Virus record (IMG/VR): IMGVR_UViG_3300045988_069456
Source of the DNA: a virus
Length of the DNA stretch: 61,867 nucleotides
Direction: 5' to 3' (one strand)
Below the pieces are notes generated by a model that made no database searches, was not told the DNA's origin, and saw only the letters and a program-made list of their open reading frames with translations. Of this stretch, positions 39,331-46,127 are shown in pieces; position 1 is the stretch's first letter; each line of letters begins with the position of its first letter. A program made the position numbers and the translations under genes.

Positions 39331-39555
39331 ATGTTAGAGAAGAAAATCCGCAGGTATAAGGCAATGGAGCTGCACCGGGAAATGGTGCGAAAGGGACAGC
39401 TGGGAGCTGCAAAGCTCCTGCTGAGACTGCTGAGAAACGGCAGGGTGCACCTGGGGCTTGACAATGACTCGTGGATCGTTGAAAAGGCTTGCGAGGAACT
39501 GGGCTGTTATATTTATTATGACCGACGCGGATATAGCGCAACGGCTCACTTATGA
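39331..39555 (+). CDS. hypothetical protein
   Basis: TAGGAGG SD. 74 aa and basic. Confidence 0.5.
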   Translation: MLEKKIRRYKAMELHREMVRKGQLGAAKLLLRLLRNGRVHLGLDNDSWIVEKACEELGCYIYYDRRGYSATAHL

Positions 39556-39565
39556 GGAGGGCGGC

Positions 39566-39748
39566 ATGGTAAAAAGAGAATGGTACCGGGACCGATACAA
39601 CAGCAAGAAAACATGGGAGGTCGTAAAGATGGTAGGCGGCTACTATTTACGCCAGTATGTTGACGGGCAGCAGGTAAATACCGGACTCCGGACAACAAAG
39701 GCTTTTATTGCAAGCATTGGCATATTTGAATTTGAAAGAATCGCATAG
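39566..39748 (+). CDS. hypothetical protein (60 aa)
   Basis: ATG 39566 follows GAGGAGGG. Confidence 0.45.
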   Translation: MVKREWYRDRYNSKKTWEVVKMVGGYYLRQYVDGQQVNTGLRTTKAFIASIGIFEFERIA

Positions 39749-39760
39749 GAGGACAAAGTT

Positions 39761-40717
39761 ATGACGAATTTAGCAAACAAAATCGGCGGCGCATTATTTG
39801 GTGTAGCAGTAGGGGACGCACTGGGCGCCCCGCTGGAATTTATGAACGCAAAGGAAATCCAGCACAAGCACGGAACCGTGAAAGAAATGATCGGTGGCGG
39901 ATGGCTGAACGTAAAGCCGGGAGAAGTTACCGACGACACGCAAATGACGATCGCAGCAGCCCTGGGCGTAGCAATGCACCCGGATAATCCGGAGCCGTGG
40001 GCGGGCAAGCACTTTGCAGAGTGGGCCATGGGTGGCCCGAAAGATATCGGCGGCACCTGCCGCAGTGCGATCACAAACGCCCTGCAGATGATGCTGAGAC
40101 GGCCAGATCTGAAAGACTGCAAGGGCCTGGCGCCATATGAGCTATGGGAACAGGCAGCACAGTTGACAGCCCAGCAGAACGGCAACAGAAGCGCAGGCAA
40201 TGGCGCCCTGATGCGTACCGTGTACCCTGGCCTGTACTATACAGACGAAAGCAGAGCCGTAGAGGTTGCGGACAGAATCGGACGCCTGACACACTGGGAC
40301 GACCTGAGTGCGGAGGCTTGCCAGCTTTATACAAAAATGATATACTATTTAATCATGCACCATGCAGACCCGGTGCAAAAACTATGCAACGGGCTGAATG
40401 ACATAACCAGGGGCACACGGTACAGCCGCAAAGCTGAACCTGCAAAGCTGAACCCCAGCGGTTTTGTGGTTGACTCACTGCATTGTGCGCTGCACTGCCT
40501 GAGAAGAACAAAGAACTTTGAGGCGGCCGTAGTGATGGCAGCAAACATGGGCGGAGACGCTGACACCATAGCAGCCATTACAGGAGGGCTGGCAGGAGCC
40601 TTGTATGGATATGAGAGAATCCCGCTCCGGTGGCGTATGCTACTGGATAGCGACACCAAGAGCACACTGATCAGCCTGACAGGAGACGCAGCAAGGAACC
40701 ATGGAGGCAATAAGTAA
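39761..40717 (+). CDS. ADP-ribosylglycohydrolase (DraG/ARH family)
   Basis: N-terminal motif GALFGVAVGDALGAPLEF and C-terminal motif ANMGGDADTIAAITGGLAGALYGYERIP, both hallmarks of the family. Confidence 0.85.
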   Translation: MTNLANKIGGALFGVAVGDALGAPLEFMNAKEIQHKHGTVKEMIGGGWLNVKPGEVTDDTQMTIAAALGVAMHPDNPEPWAGKHFAEWAMGGPKDIGGTCRSAITNALQMMLRRPDLKDCKGLAPYELWEQAAQLTAQQNGNRSAGNGALMRTVYPGLYYTDESRAVEVADRIGRLTHWDDLSAEACQLYTKMIYYLIMHHADPVQKLCNGLNDITRGTRYSRKAEPAKLNPSGFVVDSLHCALHCLRRTKNFEAAVVMAANMGGDADTIAAITGGLAGALYGYERIPLRWRMLLDSDTKSTLISLTGDAARNHGGNK

Positions 40718-40890
40718 TGGAAGCTGTTTTAAAACTGAGTTTTTCTGACGAAAAAGGAATAAACTGTTGCGCGTGCATGTTGAGCTTTTCCAAAGGAGAG
40801 CATTACCATTGTGCGGCAATCGGGCAAAGACCTATTTGCCCGGAAGAAGGTCGCAGAAGAGATTGCCCTTTGAAGGGAAGGAAAGAATAA
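40717..40890 (+). CDS. Cys-rich 57-aa protein
   Basis: TAATG-coupled at both ends. Sequence: MEAVLKLSFSDEKGINCCACMLSFSKGEHYHCAAIGQRPICPEEGRRRDCPLKGRKE. It is below the ORF-track cutoff. Confidence 0.4.
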   Translation: MEAVLKLSFSDEKGINCCACMLSFSKGEHYHCAAIGQRPICPEEGRRRDCPLKGRKE

Positions 40891-41090
40891 TGGGATATGG
40901 TAGAAAATTAAAAGGCACGTCGCGCCGTGTGCCTATAACAGTACACACACCGCTTGATCGGCTTGATGTGATTGACGAGTACGTGGAAGAAAGGCGCCAG
41001 CAAGAGGGAAAAGCATACAGCCGATCTGATTTTTACGAGGAGGCAGCCGCCTTGTATCTTGAAAAGCTGGGAAGAGGGCAATCGGAATGA
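40890..41090 (+). CDS. ribbon-helix-helix (CopG/Arc-like) DNA-binding protein
   Basis: 66 aa. RRVPITVHTPLDRLDVIDEYV followed by SRSDFYEEAAALYLEK fits a beta-strand, helix, helix pattern. Confidence 0.65.
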   Translation: MGYGRKLKGTSRRVPITVHTPLDRLDVIDEYVEERRQQEGKAYSRSDFYEEAAALYLEKLGRGQSE

Positions 41091-41091
41091 T

Positions 41092-41302
41092 GTGTACCAA
41101 AATTGTACCGGAAATTTTGAGAGCCAGAAAATCCTCAAATAATAAAAATAATAAAAACAATAAAAACGTGTATGAAACATACAAAAACAGTAGCCGCTAA
41201 AACGTTGTTATTGAGTTTGAATAATTGCAAAAAGCCTGGAAACCATTGAAAAATAAGAGTTTCCGGGCTTTTGCTTTGTCCAAGTGTACCAGAAGTGTAC
41301 CA
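41092..41302. other. candidate attP region
   Basis: There are two pairs of direct (G/T)TGTACC(A/G) 8-mers with 11-bp phasing (41092/41103 and 41284/41295). They flank an AT-rich segment with AATAAAAA-type tandem units, just downstream of int. Confidence 0.3.
41232..41270 (-). terminator. terminator of the integrase operon (possibly bidirectional)
   Basis: A 12-bp stem aagcctggaaac / gtttccgggctt (one G-U pair). On the minus strand it is followed by TTTTTG. Confidence 0.5.
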
Positions 41303-41312
41303 CATTCCAAAA

Positions 41313-42428
41313 TTATAGGCTTTTTTGTGCATTTTGCCATGCTGCCGGAGACAGATCGGCGGCGGCACTGTCCTGAAGCTGCTGGGCCACATTACCATGC
41401 ACATCCGGGTACAGATGGCCATATAGCTCCAGGGTGGTTTGTACCTTTTCGTGCCCCAGGCGCTCCGACACGGCCAGGATAGGAAAGCCCATGTGAATGA
41501 GCAGGCTGGCGTGAGAGTGGCGGAAATCATGCACACGAATTTTCTTGACGCCGGATTTTTTACAGCCGGCACGGAGCTGGGAGTTTACCCAGCTTTTTGT
41601 AAATGGAAATAGCCGGTCGTCCGGATCGTATTCCAGAAGCCGGCCAGCATAGTCCTGAACAATAGCGCAAAGGAAATCCGGCAGGGTAATATCGCGCTTG
41701 CTTTTTGGCGTTTTTGGCTCGTATATGACTTCCTGGCCATTGGCCACTGCAAAGTTTTTTGTGATATGCAGCACCTGATTAGTGAAGTCGAAGTCAGACA
41801 AGCTGAGCGCCAGCAATTCCCCCTCGCGGATGCCAGTATAAAACAGGATGTTAAAAGCACAGTATGGCGTTGGCTTATCTATGGCCTGAATGAAAGTTTT
41901 GAACTCGTCCTCGGTCCAGAATAGCATAGTATCCGCTTTTGATTTTCCCATGCTGCCAGCAACAGCCGCCGGACTGCCTGGGAGGCCGTAGTATTTGACG
42001 GCATAGTTAAGAATAGCGGCAACCTGGTTGTTGATAGTTTTCAGATATGTTTTTGAGTACGGTTTACCATTTGGCTGCCGCAGCTCCATGAGCGTGTTTT
42101 GCCAGTTGCGGATCATGAGCGGTGTGATCTGGTTTATTGGCGTGTTGCCGAAATAGGGCAGCAGTTTTTTTGTAATAAGGTGCTGCTTATTTTCCCAGGT
42201 GGTGGCGCGCAGCCTGGTTTTACAATCTGCCATATACAACTCTACCAGGGAAGCGAACGACATGTCACAAGATGCAGCCGCTTTTGTAAGAAATTCGCGT
42301 TCCCACTCCTGGGCTTCCCGTTTGGTTATGAAGCCCGTTTTTTTCTTTTGCACCCTTTTACCGGTCCAGTCGGTGTACCTGAATTTGCTGTACCACTTGC
42401 CGGTTTTGGGATCTTTAGCCACTGACAT
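41313..42428 (-). CDS. int: tyrosine recombinase / phage integrase
   Basis: 371 aa with an N-terminal SAM-like domain. Catalytic motifs: TGIREGELLAL, VHDFRHSHASLL, LGHEKVQTTLELYGHLYP. Confidence 0.9.
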   Translation of the reverse strand: MSVAKDPKTGKWYSKFRYTDWTGKRVQKKKTGFITKREAQEWEREFLTKAAASCDMSFASLVELYMADCKTRLRATTWENKQHLITKKLLPYFGNTPINQITPLMIRNWQNTLMELRQPNGKPYSKTYLKTINNQVAAILNYAVKYYGLPGSPAAVAGSMGKSKADTMLFWTEDEFKTFIQAIDKPTPYCAFNILFYTGIREGELLALSLSDFDFTNQVLHITKNFAVANGQEVIYEPKTPKSKRDITLPDFLCAIVQDYAGRLLEYDPDDRLFPFTKSWVNSQLRAGCKKSGVKKIRVHDFRHSHASLLIHMGFPILAVSERLGHEKVQTTLELYGHLYPDVHGNVAQQLQDSAAADLSPAAWQNAQKSL

Positions 42429-42627
42429 TTTCAGACTCCTCTGGGATGCGGTTGGCTATGACCGTTTCAAATTCCCGTAAATATTTAATATAGGCACCAT
42501 AATAAGTATAGCCGGAAGCTGAGGCCGGTACCGCGCCGCTTTTAATGAGCTTTGCGACGGCCAGATCATGCGCCAGCTGATCCGGAGCAACCGGAAAGGT
42601 GCCCGTAAGCATTTCTAAATTTTCCAT
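42415..42627 (-). CDS. hypothetical 70-aa protein upstream of int
   Basis: ATG 42627 lies 5 nt after GGAGG. It overlaps the int start by 14 nt. The longer track ORF runs into the intergenic repeat. Confidence 0.5.
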   Translation of the reverse strand: MENLEMLTGTFPVAPDQLAHDLAVAKLIKSGAVPASASGYTYYGAYIKYLREFETVIANRIPEESENVSG

Positions 42628-42652
42628 ACGAACCTCCATGTTAAAAATTAAA

Positions 42653-42761
42653 GCACGGTGCAAGTACAGTGCAGGCACAAGAAAAGCCCGGCTGAATCCT
42701 GAATCCTGATTCCTTATTCCTGATTCTAAAAACCATATGGTCGTTGCTGAGCAGCCGACCG
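42653..42761 (+). repeat. copy A of a 110-120 bp direct repeat (partner at 51580..51701); iteron block at 42692..42727
   Basis: Hand alignment gives flanks of 33/35 and 32/34 identical. The central block has five tandem heptamers: CTGAATC CTGAATC CTGATTC CTTATTC CTGATTC. Confidence 0.8.
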
Positions 42762-42790
42762 GTGCCCGCAAATGCACTTTACACCATTTA

Positions 42791-43759
42791 CTATTTTGCT
42801 GTCGAATGTATACCATCCGCAAAGGTTACACTGTTGCTGCTGTTTTGTGTGACAGACCAAGCATCCCCACTTTTTTCTGAACACCAATCCCATAATTTGG
42901 AATTATTAGAATCCAGGTACTGTACAGAAATTTTTGTATATGGCATAGATAGCGGATCGTTGTTGCAAAGCTGGTTGAAAACGTCAACGGCAGCAGTAAG
43001 TTCTTGCGCAGATTGAGCACCACATTGTTTGGTGTTTTCAGCAGATACTTGTACCGAAATAGCAGTGTCGCTTACTGAATAGCCAGCATTGTACGGAAAG
43101 CTGGACATAACCCAAAAGTAACCAGAGCGGTAATCTTCCGGAAGTGAATAGCCACTTGTACCATACTTTTCAGCCATTTCATACAGACTTTTATCCTGAG
43201 CGACAGAAAGATCGCGAGCGCCCAGCACAGCCATATAAAACTGATCGAAAATGCTAATTTTATCCTGGTCCTGCATAATGTTTATATGCGTTGCATTGAA
43301 TGAATAAACATTGTCATAACCAGAAATTCCAACATTGGCCATATCGTCGCCGGACATGAATGTGAAAGACATACTTGTATAAGAATTCCATATATCCGGT
43401 ATTTGTATAACACGCACTAAATCCCAAAAGAAACGGCGGGTATTTGCATTGAATTCCCCGGATGGTATATCCATTGTGACATATAGGCAGCTATCAGATT
43501 CCTGCAAGGTAAGGTTCTGATCCAGTGATGTGACAGAGCTATAAACAGAACCAGAGGAAACAGATGTTAGATTTTGCTCTGTTGCAGATAGATCCTCTTG
43601 TGAACCAACAGAGGAATGAGAAACTTCTGTTTGCTGTTGTGTTTCTGATGCTGAACTAGATTGCGCACCAGAACAGCTGGAACAGGAGAGAACAAGGACA
43701 CCCGACAGAAAAAGTGCTGTTATTTTATGGGGGGGGGTAAACAAATGTTTGCTTTTCAT
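42791..43759 (-). CDS. prophage-encoded lipoprotein (moron; superinfection-exclusion candidate)
   Basis: ATG 43759 lies 6 nt after GGAGG. It has a signal peptide and a lipobox (ALFLSGVLVLSC), followed by a Ser/Gln-rich linker. Its G+C is visibly lower than that of its neighbours. Confidence 0.7.
   Translation of the reverse strand: MKSKHLFTPPHKITALFLSGVLVLSCSSCSGAQSSSASETQQQTEVSHSSVGSQEDLSATEQNLTSVSSGSVYSSVTSLDQNLTLQESDSCLYVTMDIPSGEFNANTRRFFWDLVRVIQIPDIWNSYTSMSFTFMSGDDMANVGISGYDNVYSFNATHINIMQDQDKISIFDQFYMAVLGARDLSVAQDKSLYEMAEKYGTSGYSLPEDYRSGYFWVMSSFPYNAGYSVSDTAISVQVSAENTKQCGAQSAQELTAAVDVFNQLCNNDPLSMPYTKISVQYLDSNNSKLWDWCSEKSGDAWSVTQNSSNSVTFADGIHSTAK
43729..43737 (-). repeat. G9 (coding-strand C9) homopolymer in codons 8-11 of the lipoprotein gene
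   Basis: Counted directly in tattttatgg gggggggtaa. It encodes T-P-P-H. Confidence 0.9.
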
Positions 43760-43769
43760 AAAAAACCTC

Positions 43770-44135
43770 CTATTTTTTGTTTTTATCTGCCGCTTCTGCT
43801 TTTTGCAGAATTTTGGCATAGTCCGCAATACGAGCCTGATTTTCCGGAGAGAGTTCCGCCCAGTTGGATATCATTTCCATATCCCCGCGACTGAGCAGAT
43901 CGATTATTTTTGGAACCTCAAAGGAAGTGCCCTCGTAAGTGCGGTATTTTGTGCGGCCTAAGATGTAGTCAGTAGAAACCCCAAAGATATCCGCCAGCTG
44001 AACAAGTAGATCGCCGGATAGCTGCAAGGAGCCGTTTTCATATTTGGAAATTGCTGAATCTTTTACTTTAAGGCGCTGACCTAATTCAGCCTGAGTCCAA
44101 CCGCGCTCTTGTCGTAGAACTTTGATGTTGTTGAT
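43770..44135 (-). CDS. CI-like XRE-family repressor (apparent non-canonical ATC start)
   Basis: The HTH WTQAELGQRLKVKDSAISKYENG lies upstream of the first TTG at 44027. The frame opens after a TGA at 44166-44168. AGGAGG at 44144-44149 lies 8 nt before ATC 44135. Confidence 0.65.
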   Translation of the reverse strand: MNNIKVLRQERGWTQAELGQRLKVKDSAISKYENGSLQLSGDLLVQLADIFGVSTDYILGRTKYRTYEGTSFEVPKIIDLLSRGDMEMISNWAELSPENQARIADYAKILQKAEAADKNKK

Positions 44136-44159
44136 AGTAGACCCCTCCTTTCTGGTTGG

Positions 44160-44168
44160 ATTATATCA
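44160..44168 (-). promoter_or_regulatory. extended -10 promoter (TGATATAAT) for the repressor operon
   Basis: The minus strand reads TG-A-TATAAT. The SD follows about 10 nt downstream, which implies a very short leader. Confidence 0.45.
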
Positions 44169-44185
44169 CTTTCCACCGTGGAAAG
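44169..44185. promoter_or_regulatory. operator O1: perfect 17-bp palindrome CTTTCCACCGTGGAAAG
   Basis: All 8 arm pairs were verified. It abuts the repressor -10 element. Confidence 0.55.
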
Positions 44186-44226
44186 TAACCACATTAACAT
44201 TTTTTTCTAAAATAGAAAATTGTCTA

Positions 44227-44255
44227 TTGACATTTTCCAAAACAGAAGATATATT
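44227..44255 (+). promoter_or_regulatory. early rightward promoter: TTGACA, 17 bp spacer, TATATT
   Basis: The -35 is at 44227-44232 and the -10 at 44250-44255. The spacer holds a partial operator, TTCCAaaaCAGAA. Confidence 0.55.
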
Positions 44256-44268
44256 ATAACCATAAAGT

Positions 44269-44281
44269 TTCCAAAATGGAA
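44269..44281. promoter_or_regulatory. operator O2: TTCCA-AAA-TGGAA
   Basis: It has the same TTCCA-N3-TGGAA core as O1. It lies between the -10 of the rightward promoter and the cro-like SD. Confidence 0.45.
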
Positions 44282-44297
44282 GAAAGGAGTGAAGCAG

Positions 44298-44510
44298 ATG
44301 TACGAAGATTTACGCAAGATACGAACCGAACGCGGTATCCGTTTAAAGGAATGTGCCGACGTTATAGGTGTTCAGGAGGCTTGCTACTGTAAAAAGGAAC
44401 TCGGCGACCTTAAATTTTCCTTAGAGGAAGCAAAGGCGCTGGCAGATTTTTTTAAACTGCCGGTCGAAGTGCTTTTTTTAAAAGAAAAATCTTCCAAAAT
44501 GGAAAGATAG
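44298..44510 (+). CDS. Cro-like XRE-family HTH regulator
   Basis: ATG 44298 follows AAAGGAG. 70 aa with HTH IRLKECADVIGVQEACYCKKELG. It is divergent from the repressor. Confidence 0.7.
   Translation: MYEDLRKIRTERGIRLKECADVIGVQEACYCKKELGDLKFSLEEAKALADFFKLPVEVLFLKEKSSKMER
44492..44504. promoter_or_regulatory. third TTCCA-AAA-TGGAA site (O3) at the 3' end of the cro-like gene
   Basis: It matches the exact 13-bp core of O2. Confidence 0.35.
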
Positions 44511-44553
44511 GTTATTTTACAATTATATTTTGCCACATGGAGGAAAAAAATAA

Positions 44554-45054
44554 ATGCAAAGCCGAGTAACAAAAGCGGCGGGCAACAGGTACTGCCAGGC
44601 ACGACTGAAAGCGGCAAAGTACAACGAAAAGCTCTTGACGAGAGCCGGAGCTGTTGACTACTTGCCAGGGGTTACAGAGGACAGCCTGAAAAAGTACGAG
44701 CTGGACATAACGAAAACCCCAAACACGGTTGTGGCACTTATGGCTGACGCATACGCAGAGCCGGAATTGAGAGCCTGGTATTGTGCTAATGAGTGTCCGT
44801 TAGGAAAAGACAGAATCGCAGAGATCAGCGACATGCCGCCAGAAAGATGCGTGCTCCGAATGAGGAGACACATGGACGACATGCAAGACGCCCTCACAGA
44901 ATTTGCAGAGATTGTTGAGGACGGGGTAATAACACCGGAGGAGCTTGAAATGGTACCGGAAATAAAAAGACGGTTTACAGAAGCCCGGCAAAAGGTTGAT
45001 GAAATGCTGGCCGCCATAGAAAAGATTGAAGCCCGCAAAGGGTATCCGGATTGA
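44554..45054 (+). CDS. hypothetical early regulatory protein
   Basis: 166 aa with a GGAGG SD. It contains a Cys pair (YCANECPLG). Confidence 0.4.
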   Translation: MQSRVTKAAGNRYCQARLKAAKYNEKLLTRAGAVDYLPGVTEDSLKKYELDITKTPNTVVALMADAYAEPELRAWYCANECPLGKDRIAEISDMPPERCVLRMRRHMDDMQDALTEFAEIVEDGVITPEELEMVPEIKRRFTEARQKVDEMLAAIEKIEARKGYPD

Positions 45055-45072
45055 GAAAAGAGGTGCAGGAGC

Positions 45073-45267
45073 ATGGGAAGAACGGCAGCAGCTACAAAAG
45101 AACCACCTAAGTTTTTGAGAGTGGCAGACGTGGCAGCCATGCTGGATATATCAGAAAGCCACGCATACAAGATTATGCGACAGCTAAATAAAGAGCTGGA
45201 AGCAAAAGGCAAGATTGTAACAGCCGGCCGAGTATCCAGGAGGTACCTGGAAGAAAGGATGTATTGA
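45073..45267 (+). CDS. excisionase-family / HTH_17-like DNA-binding protein
   Basis: 64 aa: LRVADVAAMLDISESHAYKIMRQLNKELEAKGKIVTAGRVSRRYLEERM. Confidence 0.55.
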   Translation: MGRTAAATKEPPKFLRVADVAAMLDISESHAYKIMRQLNKELEAKGKIVTAGRVSRRYLEERMY

Positions 45268-45527
45268 TGGCAGATAACACATGGAAGTTTTTAGAGCACC
45301 AGGAAAGCAACCCGGAAGCATTGAAGCAGGCAGTTGATACCCTGATCGGGTACACAAAGAAAAAGGGATTTGCAGGAGCTGAAAACGCACAGCTGGACAG
45401 CCTGGAACTTGTAAAACATGTCATTATATGCGAGGCCGCGGCGCTGGTATTAAGCGACGACTGGCAGGCATTTATGAAATACAGAAAAGCAGGAGGCAAG
45501 GAAGATGGAGAAAACAAACGTAATTAA
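45264..45527 (+). CDS. hypothetical protein
   Basis: Coupled ORF, 87 aa. Confidence 0.45.
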   Translation: MMADNTWKFLEHQESNPEALKQAVDTLIGYTKKKGFAGAENAQLDSLELVKHVIICEAAALVLSDDWQAFMKYRKAGGKEDGENKRN

Positions 45528-45783
45528 GCTCAAATATTTAAGAGCCGGACAGCCATCCGGAAGAGAGTACACATTTTACACACCGGCACCGGTTGAGGTT
45601 GGCGACATTGTGGACATTGCAGTGGTAAGCCCGGACAACACAAGCCAGGGAATGGTCACAGCGGTAAACGTACCACTGGAAGAGATTGAGGCATTTAAGG
45701 ACAGAGCCAAGACGATCATCGGAAAGGCAGCACAGAGAACAGAAGCCGAGGAACCGGAGCAGAAAACGCTGCTGGATGTATAA
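45505..45783 (+). CDS. hypothetical protein
   Basis: GGAGG SD. 92 aa. Confidence 0.45.
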   Translation: MEKTNVIKLKYLRAGQPSGREYTFYTPAPVEVGDIVDIAVVSPDNTSQGMVTAVNVPLEEIEAFKDRAKTIIGKAAQRTEAEEPEQKTLLDV

Positions 45784-45794
45784 GGAGGAACAAC

Positions 45795-46127
45795 ATGACA
45801 AGAAAGACAGTAATGCACAGAGAAACAGAGGTCTTTGTAGTTGAGGAAAAGCTGGCACCGAGAAAGGAAGCTATCAAGCGCCGCGTAAAGTTGGAAAGAT
45901 GTATTGCGGCAGGCATTAACCTGGGAGCAATGATCCTGACCGGGGGCGCGCTGGTAAAGATCGGGCTTATGGTGTTTGCAGTGATGGACAGCAGAACCGG
46001 AGGCCTGGGCGGCGAGGCTTTAGTATTTCCGGCACTGGCAATGATGTTTTTATGGGGCCGTGAAATTGGCCTAAGAGAAGCAAGACAGGAGGCAGAAGCT
46101 ATTGAGGACAATGGAGGAGAGTATTGA
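45795..46127 (+). CDS. hypothetical membrane protein
   Basis: AAGGAGG SD. It has two hydrophobic segments. Confidence 0.45.
   Translation: MTRKTVMHRETEVFVVEEKLAPRKEAIKRRVKLERCIAAGINLGAMILTGGALVKIGLMVFAVMDSRTGGLGGEALVFPALAMMFLWGREIGLREARQEAEAIEDNGGEY

Noticed and set aside
40767-41090. A single 107-aa ORF from the track
   Set aside because: Its 5' part has no SD and overlaps a better explanation. That explanation is a 57-aa ORF TAATG-coupled to the ARH (40717-40890), followed by an RHH gene starting at the TAATG at 40890.
41139-41168. The aataataaaaataataaaaacaataaaaac tandem as an independent element
   Set aside because: It is too short and degenerate. It is better read as the AT-rich, bendable part of the candidate attP region.
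42628-42822. The N-terminal extension of the 135-aa minus-strand ORF
   Set aside because: The extension runs through the intergenic iteron repeat and into the lipoprotein gene end. A GGAGG lies 5 nt before ATG 42627, which supports the short 70-aa form.
43770-44027. TTG 44027 as the repressor start (85-aa track ORF)
   Set aside because: That start would delete the whole HTH, which is encoded in frame upstream. A perfect SD lies further upstream, before ATC 44135.
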